Assembly (NCBI GenBank): GCA_964252035.1
Contig: OZ176202.1
Source: Podarcis erhardii
Lineage: Eukaryota
Reading direction: 5' to 3' (one strand)
Length of the DNA: 64,000 nt
Part shown: in pieces, positions 1-13,499 of the stretch
Numbering within the stretch: position 1 is the stretch's first letter
Layout of the letters: each line of letters starts with the position of its first letter
Made by a program: the position numbers and the translations under genes
The notes under the pieces: generated by a model
What the model was told of the DNA's origin: nothing
Database searches by the model: none
What the model saw: the letters and a program-made list of their open reading frames with translations, nothing else

Positions 1-1744
1 ACAGCTTCATTTAAGGATGAAGGTACTTTGTTTTCTTATTAGACACACCTTTGCTAAATAACCAAAAAGTAAAAATATCGAAACAATAAAGACCAGCTCA
101 CCAATGCAGTCAGGAGAAAACTAATGAACCAGCCATATGCACCCTTTGTCTAAAACCTCACTGGGTATGCCCAACCTTTGCTCTATTCCTCACATTGCTT
201 GAAGTCAACCTTTGCAAAGTTCAAAATCCTAAGAAAAATATTTAATTCCTGGTCAGTCCAATAAAACATGGCACCCACCCTATATGGGATCTACACTGCT
301 CATACCTTGAGTCCATACAGTTATGCTCAATAAACTACAAGTATTTGGTGCTTCTTAAACTTAAATTTTCAAAGCTAATGTGTCTCTTTCCCCTGTCTCT
401 CCCCAGGGAGTGTATGGCTACACATAGTATTTAAATTTTACATTCCTAACATGTCAAGAAAGAAACTTACTGGCTGTTCAGCACTTATGATTAGGATTCT
501 ACCAGGGGTAATGAAGTACTAGCCGGAAGCTTATTTGACTCTAGAAAAAAATATTGAGCATATATTCATATTCCCAAATCCATTTGTGCAACCAAGTCAA
601 ATAAGCTACTATTGTTACTGAGGGTAAAATATATTCAAACCACTTTATGCATGAAATGAACACTCGCCTATTTCATTTTATGCTATGCTCCCGTGTACGC
701 CATTATTCTTCATTGTAACACTCAAATGCAGGCAAAATTTTACATATGCTGTTCAGTGTATGTCATATTTTGTTTGGATTATTAACAAAGCAGATCTACA
801 TAACATCCAAATGAAACCAAAAATTGTCCAGACAGGTGCAATCTGAGAACTCTGCATCTGCAGCAGAATTTATGAAGGAAACACACAAAACCATTTCCCG
901 AAATAAGTCCCAACAATCTGCTCCCAGTATTTTGGGAACTAAGGAGCATAAGCAGAATTCAAGAATGGGGAAAAACATGGTAACTACAGTAAATATACAA
1001 TATCCCATGTAGTTCTTTCAATGATAGCACAGGTCTATACAGTACAGAAACATTTGTCTATGTCACTTGAAAGAAAACTCCAGTGACAGAAAGTACAACA
1101 GTCAGGACACATAAATTCTTTCTGTTTTTTGGCTTCTTCAGTGAAACCTATCATTGCACACTACATCTTCAAATACTACAGTAATGCTCTGTTCAAGAGG
1201 AAAACATTAGTTATATCTGATGCCAGTCAAAGTATTATCAGCTTTTCTAACTCCTCAAAGAGGAAAGAGGAATTTCTTACTCATTTGGGAAAAGCCCAAC
1301 ATACTGAGAGATCCCAAGATAAGCTGTACTATGAAAAATAAGTTATAAACTATTGTAATTACAGCTTTAAATGTGTTTTCTGCATTGTGCTCTGCCCTAA
1401 AAATATTAAATTATAAGCCATTGATAGGGTATAATCCCATTGCTGCCTTGACTGACTGCTAAGGACATTCCCATTCAGTGAGGGTCACCCTACTAACACA
1501 TTGGTTATGTTCCAGGGCCTTGTATGCAACAGTGAAATTGCAGAAGCCCCGATAAGAGCAACCCATGTAAACATGATCACATGTGAGTAAGATGTGTGTA
1601 AGGGGGGGTGCCTGTAATGTCACCGTCAAGAGTCCAGCGATTTTTAATGTAATGTCTGTGGAGGAATTCCTTGCCAACCTTTTCCTGTATATGTTTCTCT
1701 CTTTTACATACCAATTCCATTTATGGAAGAGACCATGCCTCAGT

Positions 1745-1915
1745 ACTAGCACGATGGCACATTTTTTTAATATGCAGACGGTCCTAAATTCAATCCCAGT
1801 ATCTGCTGTCAGAAAGATCAAGTAGGATGTGATGGGAAACACCTCTGCTTGACATCCTGGAGAGCTGCTTCCAGTCATGTTAGACCATACTAGGCTAGAT
1901 GGACAAATAGGAGAG
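1745..1915 (+). mobile_element. Degenerate tRNA-derived SINE (Squam2-like)
   Basis: atgcagacggtcctaaattcaatcccag...cctggagagctgcttccagtc...gaccatactaggctagatggac. Related copies lie at 26222-26300 (-), 42245-42330 and 52780-52960. Confidence 0.55.
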
Positions 1916-3347
1916 CTAATTATAAGTTCACACGTAAGTGGTTGTAAAATTGCTGCTAATGGAATGTGTGGGGAAGTGGTTGTAAAACTGCTGCACTGGT
2001 GGGTGCACTGTCACTTGTTTACCGCCTTCTGATAGATGTGAATGTAGAAAGTTGGTGATACCTCTGCTAAATACCCACAGCTAGATCAGTATTCCATCAT
2101 TCTACACTCGTCTTTCAAACACAAGGCAATTATGTGATGATCCATCCTGCTTATTCCTAGGCACATACCTGAGATTGAACGTTCTTCCGTCTGAGTAACA
2201 GAGACACTTTGAAAGGTCAGGTAACAAGCTTCTTTAGGAGTTAAAATTTCATCTGCCACTTGTCTCCAAATATATCCGATATTAACAATGAGACCTTTAC
2301 TTACAGATTTCATCTTAAGATGTAAGTAACTGCACTTCCGACTGTTGAAATTGGTGGTGGTGGTGGTTATGCACCTATTAGTTTATAAAGCCTGCAGGAA
2401 GGGACTGTACTGTTTCGCCTCTGTACAGCACTTAGAAAACTTTGTGTACTTTAAAATATGGAGGAGGTGGAGGAGACAGCAGGAACTTAGAAGGGAAAGC
2501 AAAATTAGGACTTGCCAACAAAGTTAAATGTTGGTCATTGTTATGGCCACATAGCCACACATGCCGCCCACAACTTGGTAGGTAAAGCAACATAGCCTTG
2601 GCTCTATGACAATGATCTGAAGGCCCTTAAGCAGCTGAAATACTCAGAACGCCATTCACCTCTGAAATACTTTCCCCAGGATACTTTATTTTAAAAAATA
2701 TCATGTTGCTGGTTTATTGATCCTGTGTCTCTCCTGCAGTTTAAGCCAAATGAACAATGCAACTATGATTTAGTCTATGAGATCACATAGCTTAAGTCGC
2801 AAATGCAATTAGATTTCAGCTGTGATCTGAAGCAACTTTTGGGAAGGAATTCAATTACACAGTTAGAGACTCAAGTATTTCAGTGCGTCCCAGGTGTTTA
2901 AACAACTTTAATACACTTTAACAATACTGCCATATTAATATTTAAAATTGTAGGTTCCCTAGCCTTCCAGAGCAGATTTCCAGCACATGGAGGGAACTGA
3001 GGGGAAGAAGAGGAGAAGGAAGACTGCACAAGTAGAAGGTCATTCCACTTGTGCACCACTGGATGTCTCCCTACTCCAAACCCAAATCTAATCAAGTTTG
3101 GCATCCCCAATGGCACCAATAGTACAAAATTACAAAAGGCACATGACTCTAGAAACCATTTTTAAAATATATAAAATTCATCCAGCTTCCCGTAAAGTTT
3201 TACTTCCTAAAAGATGTCACCAGCACCCGTCCCTGTTCATTACAGGTATCCTATGTGCCTGGTCCATTTACTGCATCTCTACTTTCTGGTTACTGTAAAC
3301 ATGAGGATTTAGGAAATGGTAACTTCAATTTGCCCTAGGTCAAGCAC

Positions 3348-4318
3348 AGGATGACCGCCAAACCATCCTAAATATCTTCGCAGAAGCTTACGAAAAGCTT
3401 GGCCTAGCACTCAACATCCAAACAACCAAAGTGCTGCACCAACAAGTACAAAATAACCCCTCTGCAGCGCCACAAATCCAACTCAATGCTGTAACGTTGG
3501 AAAATTTCTATTACTTCTCCTACCTGGGCAGTTATCTTTCCACAAGGGCCGACATGAATGCCGAAATCCAGCATTGCCTGAGCTCCGCAAGTGCGGCTTT
3601 CTCCCGATTGAAGTGCAGAGTGTTTGAGGACCAGCATATTCGCAGGGAAACCAACTTGTTTCTTTACAAAGCTATTGTACTACCAACCTTACTGTATGCT
3701 TGTGAAACATGGACCACTTTAAACGCCATCTCCAACTCCTCGAAAGATTCCATCAACGGTGTCTCCGAAAAATTTTACACATCACTTGGGAAGACAGGTG
3801 AACTAATACCAGTGTGCTGGAAGAACAAAGATCACCAGTGTTGAAGCAATGATTCTTCAACATCAACTTTGTTGGACTAGTCATGTTGTGCAGATGCCTG
3901 ATTATTATCTTCCAAAGCAACTATTCTATTCTGAACTTAAAAATGGAAAGCGTAATGCTGGTAGTCAACAAAAGAGGCTTAAAGACTGTCTCAAGGCAAA
4001 GCTTTAAAAATGTAGCATAAACACCAACAATTGGGAAACACTTGCCTGCGAGCGCTCCAATTAGAGAACAGCTTTTACCAATGGTTTCATGGGCTTTGAA
4101 GACATTCAAACTCAGAACGCAAGGGAGAAACATGCTAAGAGGAAGGCACGCTTGGCAAATCCACACTGTGATCAACTCCCACCTAGAAACCAATGTCCCC
4201 ACTGTGGAAGGACGTGTGGATCCAGAATTGGCCTCCACAGTCACATACGGACTCATTGTTAAAACCGTGTTTATGGAAGACAATCTTACTCGGCTACAAG
4301 TAATCACCAAAGAAGAAG
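3348..4318 (+). mobile_element. 5'-truncated RTE-clade LINE
   Basis: Frameshifted RT C-terminus (...YLGSYLS...SASAAFSRLKCRVF...LYKAIVLPTLLYACETWT), C-terminal CPHC...H...H motif in another frame, (GAA)n tail, flanked by a 67-bp direct duplication. Confidence 0.9.
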
Positions 4319-4989
4319 ACTTTCTGGTTACTGTAAACATAAGGATTTAGGAAATGGTAGCTTCACTTTGCCCTAGGTCAGGCACTGAACACACCTTCTT
4401 CAACCCGCCCTCCAAGTCAGATGAATGTAAACAGAAAACAAGTGCATTGCTATTTTTAAATCCCCAGAAATGGCAAGCCCAATCTCTTTCATCTTTGGGG
4501 AGAGAAATTATTTAATAAAGGACAGAATCCAAAAAAGTGTGTTACTTGTTTTGCATATCACAAAGAACATTGGGCTCATGTTCCTCAAACAGCAAACCCT
4601 CCATGCCTGCCATGAAGACTTTCAAAAGCAGTTTGTGAAGTGGCACAACAAAAGAAAAGTCAAATATTCCCCTGGGTATATCAAAGCCCTTTGGCAAGCC
4701 CAAAATAGTTCTTTGGTTTCTAATAAACAGTCAAGTTAGCTGAATTTGTCATTCGGTGGTAGGATCCCTGGAAATAAATCTGTCATCTTGGAAGGATAAA
4801 AATCAGTCATGATTTACTGCCATCTACTGATGCTATTAAAATAAAGCTCAACATTCAGGTGATGTATACCTACTGCCAAAAAAGTTTTAAAAAACAACTG
4901 CATGGTTTTTTTTAAATACAAGATAATGAAATATAGCAAATGACTACTTACAACTATAAGTTCTATTTGTCAACAGAATGTCCTTTTTT

Positions 4990-6045
4990 GGGTTGGGGAG
5001 GATTCTATTCCCTCTGTTCTCCCTCAAACTGGGTAGTCAGTGCAGCACCAGGGCTGGTTCACCCTCAGAGGTTGATGGATCCAATGGGCTTTCAAATGGG
5101 CTTTCCGGCTGATATGACTGTCGAAGACCTAGCTGACCTCTGGAACGTCCAAATGGCATGGGCCATTGAAACAATCATCCCAGAGCACCCTTCTCCCACT
5201 TTGTGGAGCCTGCTTGACTCCCTAGTATACTTCGGATCTTATGGCAAAGAAACAAGCTGGGAGACAGCTCAATTGTGAGTGGAGGAAAACTCTGGTCAAA
5301 TGCTTTCAAACACTTGTGAAGGCTCATAATCAAGCCTACCTAGTGGCAGTGAAGGCAGCAGAGGGCATACTTTGCTGCCTCTATTGCATCCTCATTGTGC
5401 TGTCCAGCAGAGCTTTTCTGGATAGTGTGGGGCCTCTTACATCATGGCCTGAAGGAGGTAGTCGAACTGACAGTAGCTCACTGTGACTTATTTGCAGAGC
5501 ATTTGGAAGATAAAATTGCTTGCTTCCACTGGGATCTTGACTCCACTGTTATAGCAGATGAATCTCAATGGGTGTCCAGAGCACTGTCGAGTCTTGTTGT
5601 GCTGGATGAGTTTCAGTTAGTAAGGATCCATCAGCTTCAGATGATGGCCCAGTTGCACCCCTATCAGGACAGGGTTAGCCTAACTTCTGTCATCACAGGG
5701 ATAGCCTAACTTCTGTCATCTACGCTCTGGTAACTTCTAGGTTTGATTAATGCAATATGTAATACTTTGGGCAGCCTCTGAAGATCGTTTGGTGCAGAAT
5801 TTGGCAACCAGGTTGCTCACCAGGGCAAGACAATTTGAGCATATTACACCGATTCTGGTCCAACTGCACTGGATGACAATTAGTTTCCAGGCCCAAATAC
5901 AAGCACTATGTCCTTTTAAATATGTTTGTGGGAGCAGGTTTTGGGTTTTTTTAAATGTATTTTGTGTTCTAATTTTGCTTTTTTATGTTGTGAACCACCC
6001 TGTGATTTTCAGATGAAGGGCAATATATAAATTTGATGATGATGT
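4990..6045 (+). mobile_element. Degenerate L2 LINE fragment
   Basis: 3' part encodes QNLATRLLTRARQFEHITPILVQLHW (L2 ORF2 C-terminal HITP..LHW motif). Typical tail gtgaaccaccctgtgattttcagatgaagggcaatatataaat. Confidence 0.7.
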
Positions 6046-6108
6046 ACCTGATGGCCCCCAGGTAGTAAAGGGAGCTAATTCCCCCAAAATCACAAGCTAT
6101 GGTACATA

Positions 6109-6403
6109 GAAGAAGAAGAAGAAGAAGAAGAAGAAGAAGAAGAAGAAGAAGAGGAGGAGGAGGAGCTTGGATTTGATATCCCGCTTTATCACTACCCTAA
6201 GGAGTATCAAAGCGGCTAACAATCTCCTTTCCCTTCCTCCCCCACAACAAACACTTTGTGAGGTGAAGGAGGCTGAGAGACTTCACAGAAGTGTGACTAG
6301 CCCAAGGTCACCAAGCAGCTGCATGTGGAGGAGCGGGGAAGCGAACCCAGTTCACCAGATTACAAGTCTACTGCTCTTAACCACTACACCACACTGGCTC
6401 TCC
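6109..6403 (-). mobile_element. tRNA-derived SINE (Squam3-like) with (TTC)n tail
   Basis: Minus strand begins GGAGAGCCAGTGTGGTGTAGTGGTTAAGAGC (A box), then GGGTTCGCTTCCC (B box); ends in (CTC)n(TTC)n. Family name from recollection. Confidence 0.8.
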
Positions 6404-6453
6404 ATAAACATACCCATAAACATTGTGGTGCTTTTATGTTTTTTAGTCGAGGA

Positions 6454-6590
6454 CATTGTTTCCCAAACTTGGGTCACCAGCTGTTTTCAGAGTACAATTC
6501 CCATCTTCCCTGAGCACTTGTCTTGCTAGCTTAGGAATGATGGGAGCTGTAGTCCAAAAACAGCTGGAGACCCAAGTTTGCGAAGCACTG
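6454..6590. mobile_element. Palindromic hAT (Charlie-like) MITE
   Basis: Long TIRs ca(t/g)tgtttcccaaacttgggtc.ccagctgtttt; flanks gtcgagga / atctagga (8-bp TSD, 2 mismatches). Confidence 0.75.
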
Positions 6591-8904
6591 ATCTAGGAGG
6601 ATGGCTTTCACTTGGCTTCTCTTCCACTTAAGGGTTGGATGGTTCTTGAATACTAAGCTTAGTATCCCTTTCTCAATGTTCTACGATATGAAATTAAATA
6701 GTCGTCTACACTTATGCAACTTGAACATTGCGTACAAACAAGAATCCCATTTATCTTGATCTAATTAGAGTACTCTAAGACAAAAGGACTACAAGATTAT
6801 TATTCACAACACAAACAAGATAATTAGCATTTTGATGTACTGTATCTTTGTAAATAATCGAATGAGCATGTACAGCACATTATTGTATTGGTTATTCCAT
6901 TTTCAGACTGGCTGATTAACAGTGCTGCTCATAAGCCTCAAGGAACTCTTACAACAATCCATAAAAAGGTAATAATTCAATTCCATCCAATTCCAAAAAG
7001 TATGTACCACTTCATGTGGGACAAAATCAAGAATGATTATTTTTTAGTAAATGTTTGTTCTTTATAACTAAGCATTTACTCCACAGCAGGATACTCAAAT
7101 GAACTTGGAATCAGCAGTAACCATCTGGGCAGCTTACATGAAATGCAGCACATATAATAAAGGCTACGCATAAATGCAATCCAAACTTCAAACTTCCTTT
7201 CTCCTTCAGTTATGGGAATAAAGACCCCCCAGGGAAAAAGAAAGTATTGGTTTGTTTTAAGTACTAAATGTAAAAAGCACTACATAATTATGAACAGACT
7301 TTAACAAAACTAACTTTTGCAACTGAAACATCTATTCAAGTGATCTAAAAGCTTGGTTCCTCCCCACCCCACCCCCCAAAGATCTCCAAAACCCATCAGA
7401 TATGAACATTTAAGCCAGAGGCAAAGAATCTGGATCAAACCTATGAAACTTTTTGGACTGTCCCATCAGTCCTCAAGTTCTGGCCCTCCTCAGGGACCTC
7501 CGCTGCCTTTTTTTGATGGGTGTTCAAACAGGCCCAGGAATGTGTCTTCAAACAGCAATAAACATACATCAGAGATGCTTCTTGATTTCCTCCAATGCTT
7601 GTCCAATATTTGTTGGCCTGAAAGTAGGCAGGGCACTGAAAGCTCAATCAGTTTCAATATATTTTATGGGAAGCAATTCATAAACAGAATAATAAATAAA
7701 CAAACAAACTGGAAGAGATCAGGAAGCACTGGATATAACAAGAAACATCAGAGGAGATCCACAAGCTTTGGAAGTTTCCGATGTTTCCTGAGCATTGGTC
7801 AAGCACTCCAAGGCCTGATGATGGTGAGAGCTTTCAGTAGTGACAGAAGCAAAGAGAAACACAAAACAACCACTCATCAGGGTTCTGTGCCACTTGGGTT
7901 TCCTGCCTTTTCTGGTCAACAACTTCCATTGCTCTTGGAAACCTTCACTGGAGATGAGAGTTGTTTTATGGAGTGTTTGGACACCATCAAAATCGGTGCT
8001 CCGCCCACCTCTTGCTTCCAAAGTTCCTAGTCAGAACATGAAAGCAACTTAATAAATTGGAGATAAATTTAAGCAACTTCACCAATGTCACTTAAATAAT
8101 AATAATCATTAAATCTTGGTGAGCTGTGTAGGATTTCTTATGACTGTCAGTCCCATCTAAAAGTGTGAGGGGGTTTGATTTATGATGATTCATACATTTA
8201 AAAAGTATCATTTAATCATGGTGAGCTGCATAGTCTTGCTAATGCCACAACTCAAGCAATTTAAAAACAACTTCCGAACGTATAAAACTAGTCACATCTA
8301 AATACTGGCGGTGGGAGGGGGCAGATTACCTTCCGTACCACAAGTTTAGTATACTCATTATTAATTATCATTTCATTTTGATGAAAATTAAAATCTTGAC
8401 CCTGTCCACTTTTGGCATGGGTCCCTGGAAGGTATGCCTGAGTAAACAGCACATTAAAACCATTAAAACTAAATAGGGGCAGTAGAATACATCAAAAAAT
8501 TCTGAATAAGAAACTATTTCAAAGCCAAGGAAAGTCAGGATCATTTTAGTTCCAAAATGAACCTGCTTACTCTAATGTGAAAGCAAGGAAAAATTAGAAG
8601 CCTCCCCAGTTGTCTTTGTGTGGTCTTAAGCCAACACATCCACTGGTTAGCTATCTAGTGCCAGTTATGTCAAAGAGTCCTGTAAGTGTACTTAAAATCA
8701 GGGAAGCTCACTGGTTCAGATCAGATGATACCACTCGGATTGCATAATCTCAAGAAGTCTTGCTTAAATCTCCTTGCTTTCCTCTTTCCTCCCCATGCCT
8801 TTCCAAGTTTTGTATTGTGTCCGTAAGAATGTGAGTTTGCCTTATCTTTCCTTCTCTGTAAGAGACTTAAGATTTTAAAGGGGATTTTTAGGGGATTTAT
8901 TACT

Positions 8905-8906
<2 letters not shown>

Positions 8907-8943
<37 letters not shown>
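8907..8943. repeat. (AC)n microsatellite
   Basis: Direct observation. Confidence 0.95.
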
Positions 8944-8945
<2 letters not shown>

Positions 8946-11900
8946 CTAACATGCACAGGCAGTATTGTCAGGGATGCCAGAAATAGGAACTGCCTGGTAT
9001 TTCTACAGTTCTGCCTGATCTGCCATACCCTATTACCAATCTGCTTTGTGCTACCTTGCAATCACCACCTTCATTAAAGTATTATAAGCAGTTACCTTCC
9101 AAGCCACACAGAAGCACTGCACCCGCAGGGATGCAGTTACAATATGAATCTACAGAAACCAAATTTCATCAACAGCATGGATAAGAAAAGACTTCTCTTA
9201 CCTAACGTGCTCCAGTATTCATTTTATTCCAAGAAACAAATACTACCTTATTCACTGAGTTTACTAATCTATGAAAATTCTATGTGTTTGGCAAAACTGT
9301 GCAAGCAATGTGATTTCCTATTTAAACACTTATATACAAAATCAATACACAAAAGTTGCAAAGATTTGATTTGAACAATTGGTTTCAAAGTGTGGCTGTA
9401 AGGAAAGACAGACTGAGGTTGCCTAGTCACATTCAGAACAATTTTTGAATAATGCTGTTTTTTACATGGCAGCTAGCATGCACTGGTTATTAGGATATAA
9501 TAGCCATTTCCCATAACAGTTTATGTTGAATGTTTTATTGAAAACAATTCCCTCAACCTAAAGAATACTCATCTGTCTATCTCTCAGAATCATTTCAAAA
9601 AATTACATGTGTTATCTCAAAAACAAAATTATCGCATTTGCCTAAAAAACAACAGTTAACAGTTTTTGTTGGCTAACAAATTTTCTAATCATAAAATTTA
9701 GAACTGCCTTTTTCACTATTGCTATCTATTTCATAAACAACCCAAACCCTTTTGTAATATTCTCAGTAGTTGTTTGAGTCTCCCAAAGATGGGTGTCTCA
9801 TTACCTCCCCACACTATTCCAGCCTGAGCATTCACCTCCACTCATTAGAACAAACATCTGCTACAAACATTATTAATGAGATACGTATCTAGGGATTGAA
9901 GCGAACCATTAACCACCTGGCCTAATTATACTTTTCATTACAAAAGCCAATCGCAGCAGCAAGTATAGAACCCGCCTCACCATATTGTGATAATTATCTT
10001 ATTCATACAATTTCAATTTCAATAACCTCATCCTTCCAAATTGGGTACATTTGTAAAACCATACTTCCCTTAGCTACTCCTAACCTATAATATTATACCC
10101 CATATCAGGACCACAAGAATAATTTGTGTAATAGAAAAAAATTAGTTTGCCTTTTAGATCTCTTTCTCATGAATATATTAGCATAAAAACATTTCAGAGA
10201 CAGCAGCAGCTTAATAAAAATCTATTTCAGTAAATTCATTATACAATTCATTTCATGGAACGTTTAGAGGCAAAGTTTTAAAACCTAAATTGTTCAGACA
10301 TTGAAATTGTATCAGAGTAAGTTCTTTTCCCCTGAGCTCCGTGCCAGAAAACAAGAGGATATACGCAGATGAATTAAACATAAATATGTAAGCACAGTGT
10401 GATTAAAGCATGTTTGTATATTTTAGTTTAGTGCAGCATGTATTCTGCAAGAATGAATATATTCATAGTTATAAAGGAATTGCCTTCTCCAACTCAAAGA
10501 TTTCCAGTATGTGTGAAAGCACAAGTCCCACATCCCTAATATTTATTTATTAATTTAAAACATTTGTGTACCACCCTTAATCTTCTTTGGATTTCAGGAC
10601 GATGTTTCTAGATTAACGTTTGTGACTACTACTGTAAATCTTCAAACCCAGTAGGGATCTGTAAGTCAAAGTACTATTCTGTGTGTGCTTTGGTGTGCTG
10701 GGCTTTTTGTCATCATCATCATTATTATTAGAAATGTGTAAACAAAGCAGACACACAGCCTATAGAATTATTAAGAAGGGATTCCACAGTTTAGCATCTT
10801 TGCTCAAGGTGAAAAGTTGTGCATGGTGTTTTGAGACAGGTTTAGCAGAAATGAAAGCTGATCATCAAAGCCAGGTAAGTTTTTCCCAGTAACAGAGAAG
10901 ACAATACATAGTAACTCCAGGAGCTAGCCATGAGTAGATATTACATGCCAAAAAATAATGCAGGATGTCAATGTGTGCTACTGCATTTCACTTTCCAGTT
11001 CTCCATTTTACCATGAGGAATAATGGGGAGATGGATGGTGTGCACTGTTTTCTAGCGTCGTTGTGAATACAAAAGTATAGAATCTTTAAGTCCTGGTGTA
11101 CTTGGTTCTTCTCTGACTATGCCAGTAAGTGGCATTAACATGAGCTGGCCAGAAAAACTGGTCCTTTGTTTTTGGTAGTCTTAAAAACCACAATGATGTA
11201 TGTGGTCTTTAAGACTACCAAAAATATTGTGTGCCAATAACCATATTCAGTGTTAAACAGGAAGTCTGCATGGCAGCAATCAATTCACTTTGTCAGAAAA
11301 TGCAGTCTCAGTTTTCCCCCATCACCCAGCATATGCAAAGCTTCTAGTTTTTAGGAACATGGATGAAAGTCTTGGTAGGAGCGCACAGTAACCAAAGGTG
11401 ACTTAACTATCACCCAATAACCAACAACTCCAGCCAACAAGATCTAGTTAAAAATCATTATTTACTAAGAACAAATTCAGAGAAAGCTCACATGACTACC
11501 AGGTGGTCCGGCAAGTCTATTTGTGGCTTGAGAGTGGCAAAAAAAGAGAGCACACTTGTTGTGCTGTTGCATGTCTATGTATTTTCATACTCTAGAAACT
11601 CTCAAATAAACTAGCGTACGTACATACATTTTTTAACCTTTCTAATAGAAAAATTGTACATTAGATTGTACCCAAAGTCAAAGGAAACCCAGCCAAATGC
11701 TGACTGTCTGAAAGAGCAAACTTTGGGTATACAGAGTAGGCAATAACAAATGACAGGGACATATGGCAAATGCAGCAGGTAAAAACAAGGCAACAGAGTT
11801 TTGAAGAAGACCATGTCTTCCTCAGCGTAACACAGCAGGAGAGCAGAAGAAACACATAATTCATTACAGTATTGTAAAGATTTAAGTAGTTAACACCCAA

Positions 11901-11965
11901 GGTCAGCACAAGAATAGAGCTGAGAGCTGGGGGGCGGGGAGCTATGCACAAATCTTTTTAATGTA

Positions 11966-12045
11966 CAGGGTGAGTCCTTTAAAAGAGGCCCTGTGGATAC
12001 AGAGTACACATGTTCCACGGAGCCTCTTTTAAAAGACTCACCCTG
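11966..12045. mobile_element. 80-bp Tc1/mariner MITE
   Basis: 32-bp TIRs cagggtgagtc.tttaaaagaggc.c.gtgga (3 mismatches), 16-bp spacer, TA on both sides. Confidence 0.85.
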
Positions 12046-12568
12046 TATAAGCAAGTCTAAGCAAACAGTATACTGTCTCCTTGCATAAACTATAAGTACC
12101 ATTAAAGAATCCCAACAAAAGCCAAATCATATAAATTAAAATAGCTTTTTTAATTACAAGTTTGCTAATATTTCTTTCTGCTTCTCATTTGGTAGGCGTT
12201 TGTTCAATCAGTTATAAACTCTTTTGTACTATGAGTGGTATTACATAATATGTATGATGGATATATATACTGCAAAGCATTGCAAAATCAGTTAAAACAA
12301 TAAATTAAAACTATGGGAAGATCAGTTGGGTTGGGTCTCCTGCAGAATGAGCAAGCTCAAAGTCATCGTAATAAAGTTTTAGAAGCAGTATTATTAACAA
12401 TGCTTTCTAATTCACAAAGATGTAAGGCTGTGCAGCAAAAAAAATCACACCCCATTAAAAAAAAAATCACACACAAGGACATGCATTACGCATATCAAAA
12501 AGGTGGCATGTCAGAACAATTCATAATTTGTGTTTGGAACACTAATTTATAAAGAAATTTCAACTTAC

Positions 12569-12670
12569 CGAGTTCCATCTGCTTTCCAGCTTACTTTGTA
12601 TGGCTTCTGCTCTAAGAGTTTAATATTTTGCTCATCCATAGAAACAGGTTGTGCCCCGGGGAATCCAGTT
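12569..12670 (-). CDS. RNGTT: RNGTT exon 8 (102 nt), guanylyltransferase motif I
   Basis: [34 protein letters not shown] includes the KxDG nucleotidyltransferase lysine; tag acceptor, GTAAGT donor. Exon 9 (YMMLIDG...) was not found, so it is presumably left of the window. Confidence 0.96.
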
Positions 12671-13389
12671 CTAAAGTTTGGGGAAAGAAGCCTTATTAAT
12701 ATCTTGCAGCATCACTCTACAATCAGCCTTTCTTAGCAATCAGCTTTCCTGAAATAGTGGCTTTCAAACAGGAATCACTTTTTTGGGAAGATGGAAGTGC
12801 TTGCAAAATGTTTCCGTCTTGTGGCCAAAATGACTGCTTTAGGATTTTGGTATACTAGCTGCAGCTAATATCCACCCATTAAATCTTTCAGAGCAATTGG
12901 ATACTGGGCTCCCCCATCTGGGACAACAGCTTATGAAAGGGTCTTGTGAGTTTCCAAAGCAAATTCAAAAATATTATTCAGGTAGTAAAATTGGTATATG
13001 CTCAAAAGGCGATACCCAGCTAACTCAAACTCAGTGTACACCCACCAGTCCATTGATTTCAATGGTTCTACTCTGAGTATGACTATCACCCTAAAACAGT
13101 GGTTCCCAATTAGTATCTGTGGTAGTTTTTTCCATGCAACTTCTGATACCATTTCAATTCAGTGAAAGTTTAGATGAAGATTTCTACTTCCATATCTTGC
13201 AATCAGCATCTTTTAATTAAGCACTTCAAAAAGGAGGTAACAATTATCTAAAGATGCCATTTACTGAAATATTTCACTTTTATATTTTTAAGAAACCTAG
13301 TATTGTTAGAGGTATGGCAGACATACCTATTTCTAGTTTACAGTATACAAACTATTTATTATTATTTTTCCAAATATGTGTTTCCATAC

Positions 13390-13499
13390 CCTTTCCATCC
13401 ACAAAACTGCTGGCATTTGCGTTGTATCTCTCCTAACTTTGGTTGAGTTGTTACTTGGGTTACATGCTTAACTGATATTCCTTCCAAGAACACAGCACC
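13390..13499 (-). CDS. RNGTT: RNGTT exon 7 (110 nt)
   Basis: [37 protein letters not shown]; tag acceptor, GTATGG donor. Confidence 0.96.

Noticed and set aside
7811-7890. CTGATGA motifs on both strands as C/D snoRNA or hammerhead ribozyme
   Set aside because: No terminal stem with a D box at a suitable distance, and no stem II closing onto GAAA.
1-12568. RNGTT exon 9 and later exons
   Set aside because: No YMMLIDG/FPFRKD-coding segment was found by eye; presumed to lie left of the window.
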